Notes: generated from the letters alone by a model not told the origin. A DNA stretch of 64,000 bases from Clostridia bacterium (GCA_017450025.1 JAFSYJ010000016.1:5487-69486); one strand, 5' to 3'. Shown: positions 30,913 to 41,531, numbered from the stretch's first letter. Program-made: numbers and translations.

Positions 30913-30951
30913 TTTTACGATGAATATTATTACATTATACATTGAGAGGAT

Positions 30952-31437
30952 ATGCAAATGAATATCAGGGCATTTACACAAAACGACTTGAATCAGATGA
31001 TTTCTATATGGAATGAAATCGTAGAGGAAGGAATAGCGTTTCCACAGGAAGAGGTGCTTACAGGACAGAGCGGCAAGGAATTTTTCGGCTCTCAAACTTT
31101 TTGCGGAGTCGCCGAAGAAAACGATAAAATATACGGATTGTATATTCTGCATCCGAACAATATCGGGAGATGCGGACACATCTGTAATGCCAGCTTTGCT
31201 GTAAGCAGCGAAAGCCGCGGAAAACATATCGGGGAACAGCTTGTTAAGCATTGTATTGAAAATGCAAAACATTTTGGCTTTAGAATCCTGCAGTTCAACG
31301 CAGTCGTTGAGAGTAATATCCACGCCAGACATCTATATGAACGGCTTGGATTTAAGCAATTAGGGATAATTCCTATGGGATTTCGTATGAAAGACGGGCA
31401 CTATGAAAATATATGCCCTTACTACATTGAATTGTAA
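30952..31437 (+). CDS. GNAT family N-acetyltransferase
   Basis: Acetyl-CoA binding motif RGKHIGEQLVKHCIENAK and the YERLGF motif. An alternative start at 30958 (MNIRAF) has better RBS spacing. Confidence 0.8.
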   Translation: MQMNIRAFTQNDLNQMISIWNEIVEEGIAFPQEEVLTGQSGKEFFGSQTFCGVAEENDKIYGLYILHPNNIGRCGHICNASFAVSSESRGKHIGEQLVKHCIENAKHFGFRILQFNAVVESNIHARHLYERLGFKQLGIIPMGFRMKDGHYENICPYYIEL

Positions 31438-31489
31438 TATAGGTTTGATTTTTATACATAAAAACATAAAAAGCAAGGAGATAGAAATA

Positions 31490-32659
31490 ATGATTGCTGA
31501 CTTTATTTACAACACACCAACAAAAATGTTTTTTGGAAAAGATTGTGTTAAACAACTGCCCAATGTTATTGAACGATACGGCAAAAATGTACTTATGACA
31601 TATGGCGGAGGTTCAATTAAAAAGATTGGACTTTACGACAAAGTCAAAGAGCTTTTGTCAGGCTTTAATATTGTTGAATTATCGGGCATTGAGCCAAATC
31701 CAAAATACGATCCGTCTGTCATCACGGGAGCAAAGCTCTGTAAAGATAATAACATTGATGTAATTCTTGCCGTTGGGGGAGGCTCTGTACTTGACTGCTC
31801 AAAGGCAATTTCAGTTTGTGCCAAATATGACGGTGAAGGCTGGGATTTGATTTCTGAAAAGGTCAAAGCAACAAAATCAATCCCCGTTGTTGATATTATA
31901 ACGCTTGCCGCAACGGGCAGCGAATATGACGCCGGCTGTGTTATATCTAATACGGCTATAAACGATAAACGCGGATATGTTGACGGAATACTTTTTCCTG
32001 CCTGCTCCTTTCTTGACCCAAAATACACATTCAGCGTTTCAAAATGGCAGACTGCCTGCGGAACGGCAGACGCTATAAACCATGTTCTGGAGCAGTTCTT
32101 TGCAAAACCGCACAACGCTTTTAACGATGGAGTTATGATTTCCGCTATCCGTTCTCTGATGGCAAATGTTAAGATTGCGCTTGAAAAACCCTCAGACTAC
32201 GACGCGAGAAGTGAGCTGATGTATGTTTGCAGCTTGGCTTGTAACGGTATTTTCTCAAACGGAAGCGGATATTCAGGCTGGCCGATGCACGCCATTGAGC
32301 ACGCCTTAAGCGCGTACTTTGATATCACACACGGTGCAGGACTTGCGATTATCACTCCAAATTGGATGAAGGAAATTCTTTCTGAAAATACAATAGAGAG
32401 ATTTGTGACGCTTGGTAAACTTCTTTTTGGGTTTGAGAATTTATCGGATTTTGATATGGCTAACAAGGTGATAAGCGAATTTTACGCGTTCTTCGAGTCA
32501 ATAGGCATACCGATGCATTTGGGGGAACTTGGCGTAAAAGCTGACAAAATTGAAGAAATGGCAGACCACATCCTTGAAAATGACAATACATTAGGAGAAT
32601 GGGTCTATGTTCCTCTTGATAAAGCTGCACTTGTTCGTATTTTGACGGCAAGTATTTAG
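31490..32659 (+). CDS. Iron-containing (group III) alcohol dehydrogenase, YqhD/butanol dehydrogenase-like
   Basis: FFGKDCV, AVGGGSVLDCSKAI and the metal-site histidines (HAIEHALSAYFDITHGAGLA). The ATG at 31490 is preceded by AAGGAG. Confidence 0.9.
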   Translation: MIADFIYNTPTKMFFGKDCVKQLPNVIERYGKNVLMTYGGGSIKKIGLYDKVKELLSGFNIVELSGIEPNPKYDPSVITGAKLCKDNNIDVILAVGGGSVLDCSKAISVCAKYDGEGWDLISEKVKATKSIPVVDIITLAATGSEYDAGCVISNTAINDKRGYVDGILFPACSFLDPKYTFSVSKWQTACGTADAINHVLEQFFAKPHNAFNDGVMISAIRSLMANVKIALEKPSDYDARSELMYVCSLACNGIFSNGSGYSGWPMHAIEHALSAYFDITHGAGLAIITPNWMKEILSENTIERFVTLGKLLFGFENLSDFDMANKVISEFYAFFESIGIPMHLGELGVKADKIEEMADHILENDNTLGEWVYVPLDKAALVRILTASI

Positions 32660-32682
32660 CTTTTATAGTTTGTAGAGAAAAT

Positions 32683-32717
32683 AAAAGAACAGTAATTTTG
32701 ATAAAAAATTACTGTTC
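32683..32717 (+). terminator. Perfect 15 bp stem-loop after the alcohol dehydrogenase gene; terminator hairpin without a following T-tract
   Basis: AAGAACAGTAATTTT - GATAA - AAAATTACTGTTCTT. The sequence immediately 3' is the left flank of the IS30 element rather than a U-tract. Confidence 0.6.
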
Positions 32718-33930
32718 TTGTGGTGCACCAGACAGGACTGTTACTCTTTTTAAGGGAGTGCCCATTACTACACCATAGTCTTTCAAGTAATTAAGTGACG
32801 AAACAAAACATAGAAAAGAGTAATCAATATGAGTCACTTAAATAATAACACAAAAACAGCAAATGGTAAACACCTAAATTACGAAAAAAGGATAAAAATA
32901 GAGGCATTAAGTAAAGCAGGGCTTAAATCCGAAGCCATAGCAGAGCAAATAGGCTGTTCAGGGCGTACAGTACGCCGAGAATTAGCTAAAGGAAGAACCG
33001 AATTATTGAATAGTGATTATACTACGAGAGTTGAATACAGCGCAGATATAGGGCAGAAAAAGCATGATTACAATGCAACAGCCAAAGGTCCGGCATTAAA
33101 AATTACCAATGACTATGAATTGGTTGAATATATAGAATATTTGATAATAGAAGAACACTATTCTCCTTATGCAGCTTCGCAGCAAATAAAAAAAGAACAG
33201 TCAAGGTTTAAGACTTCAATATGCTACAAAACAATATATAACTATATAGATAATGATTTATTTCCCAATTTAACAAATAAGCATTTGCCGGTAAAGAAGG
33301 ACGGTAAAAAGCGTAATTATGATAATGTACGAACAGCGACCAATAATAGCAAAGGAACAAGCATAAGCGAGAGAGATGCTGAAATAGAAACGAGGAAAGA
33401 ATATGGTCATTGGGAAATGGATACAGTTGTAGGTAAGAAAGGAACAAACACTGTATTACTTGTATTATCTGAACGCAAACACAGGCAGGAAATGATATTT
33501 AAAATCAAGTCCAAAACACAATATTGTGTGGTCAAAACTTTAGATAAACTTGAACGAAAGCTTGGTGCCAAAAAGTTTCGTGAAACATTTAAAACGATAA
33601 CCTGTGACAATGGTTGTGAGAATCTTGATTTTGAAGGTATAGAAAGATCTGCAATAACAAAAATCAAACGAACAAAAGTTTACTATGCTCACCCCTACAG
33701 CGCATGGGAAAGAGGAACAAACGAAAATATCAATAAGCTCATCAGACGATTTATTCCAAAGGGTGCAGACATCGGCGAATTTTCTCATGAGAGAATTAAG
33801 ATGATAGAGCATTGGATAAATAACTATCCGCGAAAAATCTTTAATGGAAAGTCGTCTAATGAATTGTTAAAAATAGAAAAAGTTGCTTAACAGATTTTGT
33901 GGACATTTTACATTGCAATTTAAGAATGTT
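32718..33930 (+). mobile_element. IS30 family insertion sequence (ends approximate)
   Basis: A single IS30-type transposase ORF with short flanks, lower GC than its surroundings, sitting between a terminator hairpin and the upstream region of the giant surface-protein gene. I could not identify terminal inverted repeats with confidence by eye. Confidence 0.6.
32829..33890 (+). CDS. IS30 family transposase
   Basis: N-terminal HTH (KIEALSKAGLKSEAIAEQIGCSGRTVRRELAKGR). DDE region HWEMDTV ... ITCDNGCEN ... RGTNENINKLIRRFIPKG is typical of IS30. Confidence 0.9.
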   Translation: MSHLNNNTKTANGKHLNYEKRIKIEALSKAGLKSEAIAEQIGCSGRTVRRELAKGRTELLNSDYTTRVEYSADIGQKKHDYNATAKGPALKITNDYELVEYIEYLIIEEHYSPYAASQQIKKEQSRFKTSICYKTIYNYIDNDLFPNLTNKHLPVKKDGKKRNYDNVRTATNNSKGTSISERDAEIETRKEYGHWEMDTVVGKKGTNTVLLVLSERKHRQEMIFKIKSKTQYCVVKTLDKLERKLGAKKFRETFKTITCDNGCENLDFEGIERSAITKIKRTKVYYAHPYSAWERGTNENINKLIRRFIPKGADIGEFSHERIKMIEHWINNYPRKIFNGKSSNELLKIEKVA

Positions 33931-34102
33931 TGAATTTCTGAAAAAAACACTTGAAAAATATGTTTTATTGTGGTAAAATATAATAGTATTATTATAATTT
34001 ACAGAAAAGGGGTTGACAAGTTATGACAGGGTGTGCGACAATGTTACATACACACACATATACATACATACATCGCATAACTGCGTCCTTTTTGTGCAAA
34101 CA

Positions 34103-34155
34103 GTAAATATTGCGCCGCACTGACAGAGGGTAGCTCTGTCGGTTGCGGTGCATTT
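34103..34155 (+). terminator. Orphan rho-independent terminator-like hairpin in the leader of the giant surface-protein gene
   Basis: GCCGCACTGACAGAG ... CTCTGTCGGTTGCGGTGC followed by TTTTTGTTTTTTG. No plus-strand ORF ends just upstream of it. Confidence 0.55.
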
Positions 34156-34244
34156 TTGTTTTTTGTAAAGTCGCGTGATATTATCGCTTAATCTATAAAA
34201 GCATTTTATATCATATGCAGAATGCCTGGCAAAGGAGGAACATA

Positions 34245-37200
34245 ATGAAAGTAAAAGAAAGAAAATATATCGCTTTGGTCACATTGATTTCGATGTTGAT
34301 AGCTTCTTTTATTCCTGCACAGAGTTTTGCTTCGGAGGATTTTAAACCCGAAGTGTCTATTGTGGTGGAAGAAATGGACGAAGAAGATTTGGAATCCGTT
34401 GCAGAGGAAGAAAAAAACGAAAAAGAGGAAGAACAGGAAACGGTTGTTATTAAAGCGGAGAATACGGAGGATGATTCTCAGCATTCTGCCGAAGCAGAGG
34501 CAAAGGAAGAAGAAAAGACCGTATTTGATAAATCATCCGAAACGGAAAATACGGATGAAAAGGAAGATATTGATCTTTCAAAATTGATGCCGCTAAAAAG
34601 CCTCCCTGAGATGGTTTTGACTGCTGATACTGAAGTGCTTGGCGAAGCTACAGAACCGGATAAGTGGTATTTTGGAAACGAGCTTACAATCGATGAGCAT
34701 TTTATATTCGGTGAGGACAGAATGTACACCGAAGGCAAGGCGAACAGAGGCTTTGATTACTTGCTTGACAATAATACCTCTATGCCGTTCTATGTTTCTA
34801 CGAATGATTCTAATGTGAACTATCAGGATCTGACCGGCAAAGAAATTTCGGTTACCTTTCATACGGCTTCTCCTGTAGTAATAGATCATTTTAAAATAAT
34901 TGCCGGCGGCGATACATTTAAAGCAAATTATGCCCATCGCAATCCTACCGCATGGAACCTTAAAGCAGGCAACAGTTTGGATTCTTGTGACACCGTGCTG
35001 GTCGAAAATCAGCCTGTTAACGCAACCGTGGCTTTTGAAGAAAATATATACGCATTTGAAAATACTACGCCTTACAAATACTATAAGTTTACAATAACCG
35101 CTCTTGCCGGCGCGGGAAGATCCGGTCATGATTCGCCTTTTTCTAATCCGACTGCCACATGTATTTTAGCTGATATTTTGATAGGCGGTCCGGAGGAAGA
35201 AGCTCATACCCATGAAGATATTACATTTGAATCGTGGAGCAGTACAGACAGCCTCCCGACATCGGCGGGTAACTACTATCTCGAAAATGATGTTACTATA
35301 TCGACAAGGTGGGACGCTCCGCAGGGTACGACAAATCTCTGTCTGAACGGACACGCAATAATCAGAATAAATGCCAGCGAAACCACAGGCAGCGTTATTC
35401 AGGTAGGCTCCGGAGCAAAGCTGAATCTCTACGACTGCGGGACAGAAACCAGATACTACACGGTAGAAAACCCCTCCGCCAACGGCGCAGGTCTCGGCAA
35501 GATAGTCGATGAAAGCACATACAATTCTGCTGACGAAAACGCGCGGGGAACTTTTACCGGCGGATATATCACAGGCGGCAACATCACAGGCGCTACGGAC
35601 GCAAATCACCTGATAGGCGGCGGCGTAAATGTTCACTATGGCGCATTTACCATGAACGGCGGGACTATTATAGGCAACATGGTGTGCATAAACGCAGGCG
35701 GTGTTAAGGTCAAGGGCGCAGGCGCGTCGTTCACCATGAACGGCGGTGCAATTATAGCAAACTATAACGGCTGTTACGGCGGCGCTATTTCTGTTGGCGA
35801 CAACGGCAGCAACCGATTATGCACCGTAACCGTTAACGGCGGAACTATCGCACGCAACTGGAGCGGAAGAAACGGCGGCGCGTTCCATACAGACGGCTAC
35901 GGACATACATTTTTGATCAACGGCGGAAGCATTGTCAACAACTATACAAACGGTTACTATGACAACGGAAGCAACGGTCGCAGCGGCGGCGGCTTTTTAA
36001 AAGACGGCGCAACACTCAAGGTGTCCGGCAGCGCGGTTGTTAAAGATAACTACAACGGGGGCAATTTTCAAAATAACATACATTTCAGGACAAATAACAC
36101 GGATTTGCTTGATTTGTCCGGTCATCTGGACTCCGATGCCGATGTGGGCGTATACTGTAAGGGACTGACCTCTTCAGCCGACATCAAGGTTGCCACGGGT
36201 GCGGAGAAGGAGGACATTGCTCACCTTCATTTCGACATTCCTGAGGAGGGCAGTCTCGTATTCTGCGACGGCGAAAAGGATTGGATTTATCTTAACGGTG
36301 AGGTTACTGAGTTTACAGGTGCGCACCACACGCATACGGCAGGAACCGTATGGGCAACTGCGTATGTTGCACCCACGCACAGTCACGACGACATAGATTT
36401 TTATGATTGGACTGCAACAAACAGCCTTCCGACGGCTGAAGGCAACTACCGTCTTAAAGGCGATGTCACGCTTTCATCGACTTGGGTCGTTCCGTCAGGT
36501 ACTACAAACCTTTGCCTTGACGGACACGGCATAAGGCTGTCAGGCGGTATTACAGTTATCAACATTCCGGGCGGCAGTACGCTTAATCTGTATGACTGCG
36601 GCGAAACGGTACACTATTTTACCGCTCCCGAGGCAGGCTACGGTTTGGCAACAAATATCGGTGATACAGACTTGGGTAATCAGGCGTCGTTTAAAGGCGG
36701 ATATATCACAGGCGGAACGGCTATGTCGCAAAATCAGGGCGGCGGCGTCAAAGTTGCCGGCGGTACATTTAATATGCACGGCGGTAATATAACAGGTAAC
36801 GGGTACTATGCAAACAGTGATTACGGAATGCGCGGCTCGGGCGTATTTGTGGGCGGCGGTATGTTCAGAATGTACGGCGGCAAGATCACATATAACTACG
36901 CGTGGAATGAGGGCGGCGGTGTTGATTTGCTCGGAAGCAGCTCTCAAATGGAAATGTACGGCGGTGAAATATCGCATAACCACGCTCAGTATGAAAGCGG
37001 CGGCATACATACATGGGATTCTCCGACGCTAAAAATATACGGCGGTGAAATATGCTATAACTATTCCGGCGATAACGGCGGCGCTATAACGATAAAACTG
37101 GGTACTGCATATTTGTCCGGCGGCGCAATTCATGACAACTCGGCAAAAAATAGTGGCGGCGGCATATATTATCATAACGGATCGGGTATTCTTAATGTAT

Positions 37201-40200
37201 CGGGTCAAGCGTCTGTAACAGACAATACTGCCGGCGGCAAATCAAACAATGTCTATGTTGCAGCCGGAACTATCAAGGTTAACGATGCGCTTTCGGAAAA
37301 TGCAAAAATCGGCGTGACTTTGAACAATGTCACAGGCATATTCACAAGCGGACTTTCAGGCAAAGGTACTGCAGAGAACTTTAAAAGCGACAACAAAGAC
37401 TATAAGGTCGTAAAAAATAATAACGGAGAGGCTGAGTTAGTTGAAAAAGGTTTGTTTGACGGCAACGGCACAGAGGAAGCGCCGTATCTGATACAGTCTG
37501 CAGACGATTGGAACGCGCTCAGCGACCATATAAACAGCGGCGGTACACAGTACAGCGGATGTTATTTCAAGCTGACAAATGATATAAGCGTCAGCACAGT
37601 GCTTGGTAATCGCCCGAATACAAGCACCGACAGTGAAGATAATGTATTCAGCGGTACCTTTGACGGTGACGGACACACCCTGAATGTGAACATCAGCGAA
37701 TCGGGTTTTGCTGCTCCGTTCGCCGTTGCGCATAATGCGACTATCAAAAATCTGCATATTACAGGTACAATAACTTCTACATCCAACCACGCTGCGGGTG
37801 TTGTGGCAGCGTCAAAAGACAAAACGGGTTATGCTTCAAGCTCGCTTGTGATACAAAATGTCACCGTAAGTGCGGATATCAGCTGTAATTCTCATGTGGC
37901 GGGCATTGTCGGTCACGCGCACAAAGCCAATATCACAATGGAAAATGTGGTATTTGACGGCAGCATCAGCGCAAGCTCTGTTCAGGGCGGATTTATCGGC
38001 TGGGGCGGCATCAAAAACGACGAACAGTACAGCTCTGCATTTAAAGATTGTGTCTTTGCCGGAACTTATCGCGCAGGCGCAGCGTTTTATCCGGTTGCAT
38101 TTGCTTCAGGTCAAGGAACGGCTACTTTGATAAATGATTTTTACACATCAAGCTTTGGCAGCGGCGGCAGTCCGATACAGACCGGCGGTGACGGTCAGGT
38201 CAAGCTCTTTGCCGCAACGGTGGAAAAGGACGGCACGGTAAAATATTTTGGCGACTTTACAACAGCCGTAAGCAGCGCAAATTGGACGGACGGCAGCACG
38301 CTTAAGCTGTGGAGAGATGTGTCCTACGGCAGCAAAATCTTGCTTTCGGGAGGTATGAGGACACTTGACTTAAACGGTAAAACCTTTACCAGAACGGTCA
38401 CATCGGATGACGGCACCAATTTTGATGTCAGTGGCGGTGCCAGCATCACGCTTACCGATACGAGCACCGAGAAGAACGGTGTAATTACCCGTCAAAGCGG
38501 TAATTACGGAGGCGCCGTATTCTTTGTTCACGACTCCGGCTCTGTATTTAATATGAATGCCGGTAAGCTTACCGGTTTTACTTCCCGTGTTATCATAGTG
38601 TGGCAGGGCGCTACAGTGAATATGTCCGGCGGAGAAATCAGCGGAAACAGCCTGAACAACGGTGATCCCACAGACGGCATTGTGCGTACATACAGCAGTG
38701 ACAGTTCTGCCGGCGGTACCTTCAATATGTCCGGCGGTAAAATCATCAATAATACTATCGCCTCCGGTAAAACAGGCGGTGCCGTGTATATTGGCAACAA
38801 CGGAACATTCAATCTTTCAGGCGATGCGCAGGTAACAGGTAATACGCAAAACGAAAGCAGTAAAAATGTCTATTTGCCATCCGACACGACTATAAATATA
38901 GTTGGTCCTCTTGTTGGTGATTCGTCAGTCGGTATTACACTCCAAAGTGACACAGGCATATTCACCGGCGGACTTTCAGATAATGGAACGGAAAACTATT
39001 TCATAAGCGATAACAGTAACTATGCGGTTGCTTTAAACGACGGTGAAGCCTGCCTGATCAATATGACACTGGATGTTACGGCAAGCGGCTATGAGGGAGA
39101 CTATGACGGCGAAGCTCACAGCATAACAGTTTCTGTTCCCGACGGCGCAACAGTTAAATACGGCATTGAGGAGGGCAGCTACACGCTTGACACCTGCCCG
39201 TCTTACACAAACGCAGGAACTTACACGGTATTATTTATGGTCTCAAAAGACGGCTACAATCCGTATGAAGGCTCTGCAACGGTCACAATAAACAAGGTTG
39301 ACGCGTCTTTGACAAACGCGCCGCACGCAAAGGATAAGCTCACTTATAATGAGGAAGAACAGGAGCTTTGCGTCGCAGGTACGGCAACCGGCGGAACGAT
39401 TCTTTATGCGTTGAGCTCAAGCGACCTTGAGACGCCCGGTGATGAAGCGTACCAAACAGCAGTTCCAAAAGCTGCCGAGGTCGGAAATTACTATGTTTGG
39501 TACAAGCTGGAGGCAGACGCAAACCATAACGACCTTTCTCCCGAATGTATAAAGATAACTTTGGCTGAACCCGAATGGGTAACCGTGAGCGGCGTTATAT
39601 ACGACAGCGGCAAAAATCCTCTGAAAAACGCAACGGTCAGCCTTATGAAGGGCAACAAGCTCATTGACGAGATAAGGTCTTACTCAAACGGCGGTTACTT
39701 CTTTACTGTTTACGCCGGCGTATATAATATAGTTGTAAAAACAAGCAGCACGACGGTTACAAACATTATCGACATCTACGCTGATACGGTGCGCGATATC
39801 GATCTGCCCGGCTCGGGTACGGATTCTTACCTCGATATTTCGGAATCCGACCAGAGCGTAGTCGTCGGCGGCCTTGACAACGAGGCAAATTCCGTGAGGG
39901 AAAACGACAATGTTCCGCAGGAAAAGAATGTTACGGTAAAAATGACCGTTAAGTCGGTTTCAAAAAATACTTCAGACGCGGCAAAGGCTATCGACGCTTA
40001 CGCAAAGGACAAAAATCTTGACTTCTTTGACCTCAAGGTCGAAAAGACCGTGGATTCGGAGGTTTCAACAGTTAGCGAGACGCAAAATGTCATCGAATTT
40101 GTCGTTCCGTGTTCTTACCTTAACAAGAGCGGGCTCTCGGTTTACAAGACAAACGGCACAGCTGTTCAGACGCTTACGGAGAGCAACTCGGGCGAAGCGG

Positions 40201-40499
40201 GAACCTACCGCGTTGACAAAGAAAACGGACTTATTTACATCTATTTGAAAACATTTTCAACAGTTGCGATGGGTTACAAGCCGTATTATCGCGTAAGAAC
40301 CGAGATTTCACTCGGCAGCTTCAGCGGAAGCGTGTCAGTATCGCTCAAAAAAGAGGACAGCGACGAAAAATACGAGCTTAACAATGTATCGCTTGACAAT
40401 ATTTCTTTTACAGGCATACCAAAGGGCAGTTATATTATGACAATATCGTGGGAAGACGGCGCGCAAAATTCCATATCTTTGCCGTTTACTATAAATTAA
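34245..40499 (+). CDS. Giant secreted surface protein (~2080 aa): signal peptide, acidic linker, discoidin/F5-8-type-C-like module, Pmp-like parallel beta-helix repeats, GLUG-motif region, second beta-helix block, MBG domain, CarboxypepD_reg-like domain
   Basis: Signal peptide MKVKERKYIALVTLISMLIASFIPAQSFA. Repeated GGAI/GGGV-type turns occur (GGGVNV, GGAISVG, NGGAFHT, GGGVKVAGG, NEGGGVDL, DNGGAIT, NSGGGIYY). GLUG-like repeats are FSGTFDGDGHTLNV, AAGVVAAS, VAGIVGHA and QGGFIGWG. The MBG-like segment is YDGEAHSITV...YTNAGTYTV...ATVTINKVDA, and VSGVIYDSGKNPLKNATVSL is CarboxypepD_reg-like. The ATG at 34245 follows AAAGGAGG. Confidence 0.85.
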   Translation: MKVKERKYIALVTLISMLIASFIPAQSFASEDFKPEVSIVVEEMDEEDLESVAEEEKNEKEEEQETVVIKAENTEDDSQHSAEAEAKEEEKTVFDKSSETENTDEKEDIDLSKLMPLKSLPEMVLTADTEVLGEATEPDKWYFGNELTIDEHFIFGEDRMYTEGKANRGFDYLLDNNTSMPFYVSTNDSNVNYQDLTGKEISVTFHTASPVVIDHFKIIAGGDTFKANYAHRNPTAWNLKAGNSLDSCDTVLVENQPVNATVAFEENIYAFENTTPYKYYKFTITALAGAGRSGHDSPFSNPTATCILADILIGGPEEEAHTHEDITFESWSSTDSLPTSAGNYYLENDVTISTRWDAPQGTTNLCLNGHAIIRINASETTGSVIQVGSGAKLNLYDCGTETRYYTVENPSANGAGLGKIVDESTYNSADENARGTFTGGYITGGNITGATDANHLIGGGVNVHYGAFTMNGGTIIGNMVCINAGGVKVKGAGASFTMNGGAIIANYNGCYGGAISVGDNGSNRLCTVTVNGGTIARNWSGRNGGAFHTDGYGHTFLINGGSIVNNYTNGYYDNGSNGRSGGGFLKDGATLKVSGSAVVKDNYNGGNFQNNIHFRTNNTDLLDLSGHLDSDADVGVYCKGLTSSADIKVATGAEKEDIAHLHFDIPEEGSLVFCDGEKDWIYLNGEVTEFTGAHHTHTAGTVWATAYVAPTHSHDDIDFYDWTATNSLPTAEGNYRLKGDVTLSSTWVVPSGTTNLCLDGHGIRLSGGITVINIPGGSTLNLYDCGETVHYFTAPEAGYGLATNIGDTDLGNQASFKGGYITGGTAMSQNQGGGVKVAGGTFNMHGGNITGNGYYANSDYGMRGSGVFVGGGMFRMYGGKITYNYAWNEGGGVDLLGSSSQMEMYGGEISHNHAQYESGGIHTWDSPTLKIYGGEICYNYSGDNGGAITIKLGTAYLSGGAIHDNSAKNSGGGIYYHNGSGILNVSGQASVTDNTAGGKSNNVYVAAGTIKVNDALSENAKIGVTLNNVTGIFTSGLSGKGTAENFKSDNKDYKVVKNNNGEAELVEKGLFDGNGTEEAPYLIQSADDWNALSDHINSGGTQYSGCYFKLTNDISVSTVLGNRPNTSTDSEDNVFSGTFDGDGHTLNVNISESGFAAPFAVAHNATIKNLHITGTITSTSNHAAGVVAASKDKTGYASSSLVIQNVTVSADISCNSHVAGIVGHAHKANITMENVVFDGSISASSVQGGFIGWGGIKNDEQYSSAFKDCVFAGTYRAGAAFYPVAFASGQGTATLINDFYTSSFGSGGSPIQTGGDGQVKLFAATVEKDGTVKYFGDFTTAVSSANWTDGSTLKLWRDVSYGSKILLSGGMRTLDLNGKTFTRTVTSDDGTNFDVSGGASITLTDTSTEKNGVITRQSGNYGGAVFFVHDSGSVFNMNAGKLTGFTSRVIIVWQGATVNMSGGEISGNSLNNGDPTDGIVRTYSSDSSAGGTFNMSGGKIINNTIASGKTGGAVYIGNNGTFNLSGDAQVTGNTQNESSKNVYLPSDTTINIVGPLVGDSSVGITLQSDTGIFTGGLSDNGTENYFISDNSNYAVALNDGEACLINMTLDVTASGYEGDYDGEAHSITVSVPDGATVKYGIEEGSYTLDTCPSYTNAGTYTVLFMVSKDGYNPYEGSATVTINKVDASLTNAPHAKDKLTYNEEEQELCVAGTATGGTILYALSSSDLETPGDEAYQTAVPKAAEVGNYYVWYKLEADANHNDLSPECIKITLAEPEWVTVSGVIYDSGKNPLKNATVSLMKGNKLIDEIRSYSNGGYFFTVYAGVYNIVVKTSSTTVTNIIDIYADTVRDIDLPGSGTDSYLDISESDQSVVVGGLDNEANSVRENDNVPQEKNVTVKMTVKSVSKNTSDAAKAIDAYAKDKNLDFFDLKVEKTVDSEVSTVSETQNVIEFVVPCSYLNKSGLSVYKTNGTAVQTLTESNSGEAGTYRVDKENGLIYIYLKTFSTVAMGYKPYYRVRTEISLGSFSGSVSVSLKKEDSDEKYELNNVSLDNISFTGIPKGSYIMTISWEDGAQNSISLPFTIN

Positions 40500-40517
40500 A
40501 CTTAGGAGGACTGAAAA

Positions 40518-41531
40518 ATGGCTGAATCTGGACAATACAAAATAAGTGAAAAAGAAATGGAGCAGCTTCGCGCTAACAGCAAAAAAGCAAAAAAAGCTGA
40601 ACCTGCTCAAAAAGAAAAAAAAGGCGCAGGCAAAATAATATTACGCGTTTTAGGTTGGATAATTGCAGTTGCGTATTTTGCTCTTCTGATCTTCGGCAAG
40701 CGCTTTATATCCGAAGAAGGCGAATTTTTAAGCAGCTTGGACTTGTTCTCGGGTAACGAAAATCCGAACCACCTTATCCGTATCGCAAGTCTTTGCATAC
40801 TGACGCTTTCGGCAAGCGCTGTTTTGAGATTTTTGATAGGCAGAATGGCAGCAAGCAAAAATATTACAAAGAGAACAGGCAAAGCTATTATCGAACTTTT
40901 GGGCAACCTTGTTAAATATGTTGCTTACATAGTTCTTATATTCCTCATCCTCAACGCTCTCGGCGTTAACACAACAGAGCTTCTTGCAGGTCTCGGAATT
41001 TTGGGCTTGATAATCGGTCTCGGCGTTACCTCTCTTATCGAGGACATCGTTGCAGGTATTTTTATCATCGCAGAGCGTATCTTTGATGTTGGCGATATTA
41101 TCGTACTGGACGGCTACCGCGGTACTGTTGTTTCTATCGGTATCCGCTCCACAAAAATAGCCGATATAGGCGGCGATATTCTGACTGTCCGCAACTCATC
41201 TATCGGGTCGGTCGTAAACCTTACAGACCGTGTATCCTGCGCGGCTCTCACAATTCCGCTTGCTCCGCATGAGTCTCTTGACCGCGTGGAAGAAGTTATC
41301 AAAAATGCAAATATTGCCGCAATCGAGGAAAAGTATCCAGACATTATGGAAGGTGCTCCTATGTATCTCGGTCTTTGCGATATTACCAAAAAGGGCGTTC
41401 AGATGCTACTTTTCATAGCTGCCTGCAACGAAGAAAAACGCTACGATGTTGAAAGAGCTTTGTACCACGAAATTAAAACAATTTTTGACAACAATAATAT
41501 TCAGCTCGGTTCTCCCGGAATCGAAGAGTAA
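40518..41531 (+). CDS. Mechanosensitive ion channel family protein (MscS-like)
   Basis: The pore-helix/beta-domain junction GLGVTSLIEDIVAGIFIIAERIFDVGDIIVLDGYRGTVVSIGIRSTKI is typical of MscS. It starts 18 nt after the giant gene. Confidence 0.9.
   Translation: MAESGQYKISEKEMEQLRANSKKAKKAEPAQKEKKGAGKIILRVLGWIIAVAYFALLIFGKRFISEEGEFLSSLDLFSGNENPNHLIRIASLCILTLSASAVLRFLIGRMAASKNITKRTGKAIIELLGNLVKYVAYIVLIFLILNALGVNTTELLAGLGILGLIIGLGVTSLIEDIVAGIFIIAERIFDVGDIIVLDGYRGTVVSIGIRSTKIADIGGDILTVRNSSIGSVVNLTDRVSCAALTIPLAPHESLDRVEEVIKNANIAAIEEKYPDIMEGAPMYLGLCDITKKGVQMLLFIAACNEEKRYDVERALYHEIKTIFDNNNIQLGSPGIEE

Noticed and set aside
30634-31332. 232 aa minus-strand ORF over the nitroreductase and GNAT genes
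   Set aside because: It is antisense to two genes with clear family motifs. It has no RBS and no recognisable domain.
32718-33930. Terminal inverted repeats and target-site duplication of the IS30 element
   Set aside because: I could not find convincing matching inverted termini or flanking direct repeats by eye. The element boundaries are left approximate.
34045-34074. CA/TA-rich tract as a phase-variation microsatellite
   Set aside because: The tract is an imperfect mix of CA, TA and TACA units without a uniform repeat. It does not lie between recognisable -35 and -10 elements, so there is insufficient evidence for slipped-strand switching.
34593-38812. Several 60-180 aa ORFs on both strands inside the giant surface-protein gene
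   Set aside because: All are embedded in a 6.2 kb ORF with coherent repeat and domain structure. They are frame shadows of Gly/Asn-rich repeats.
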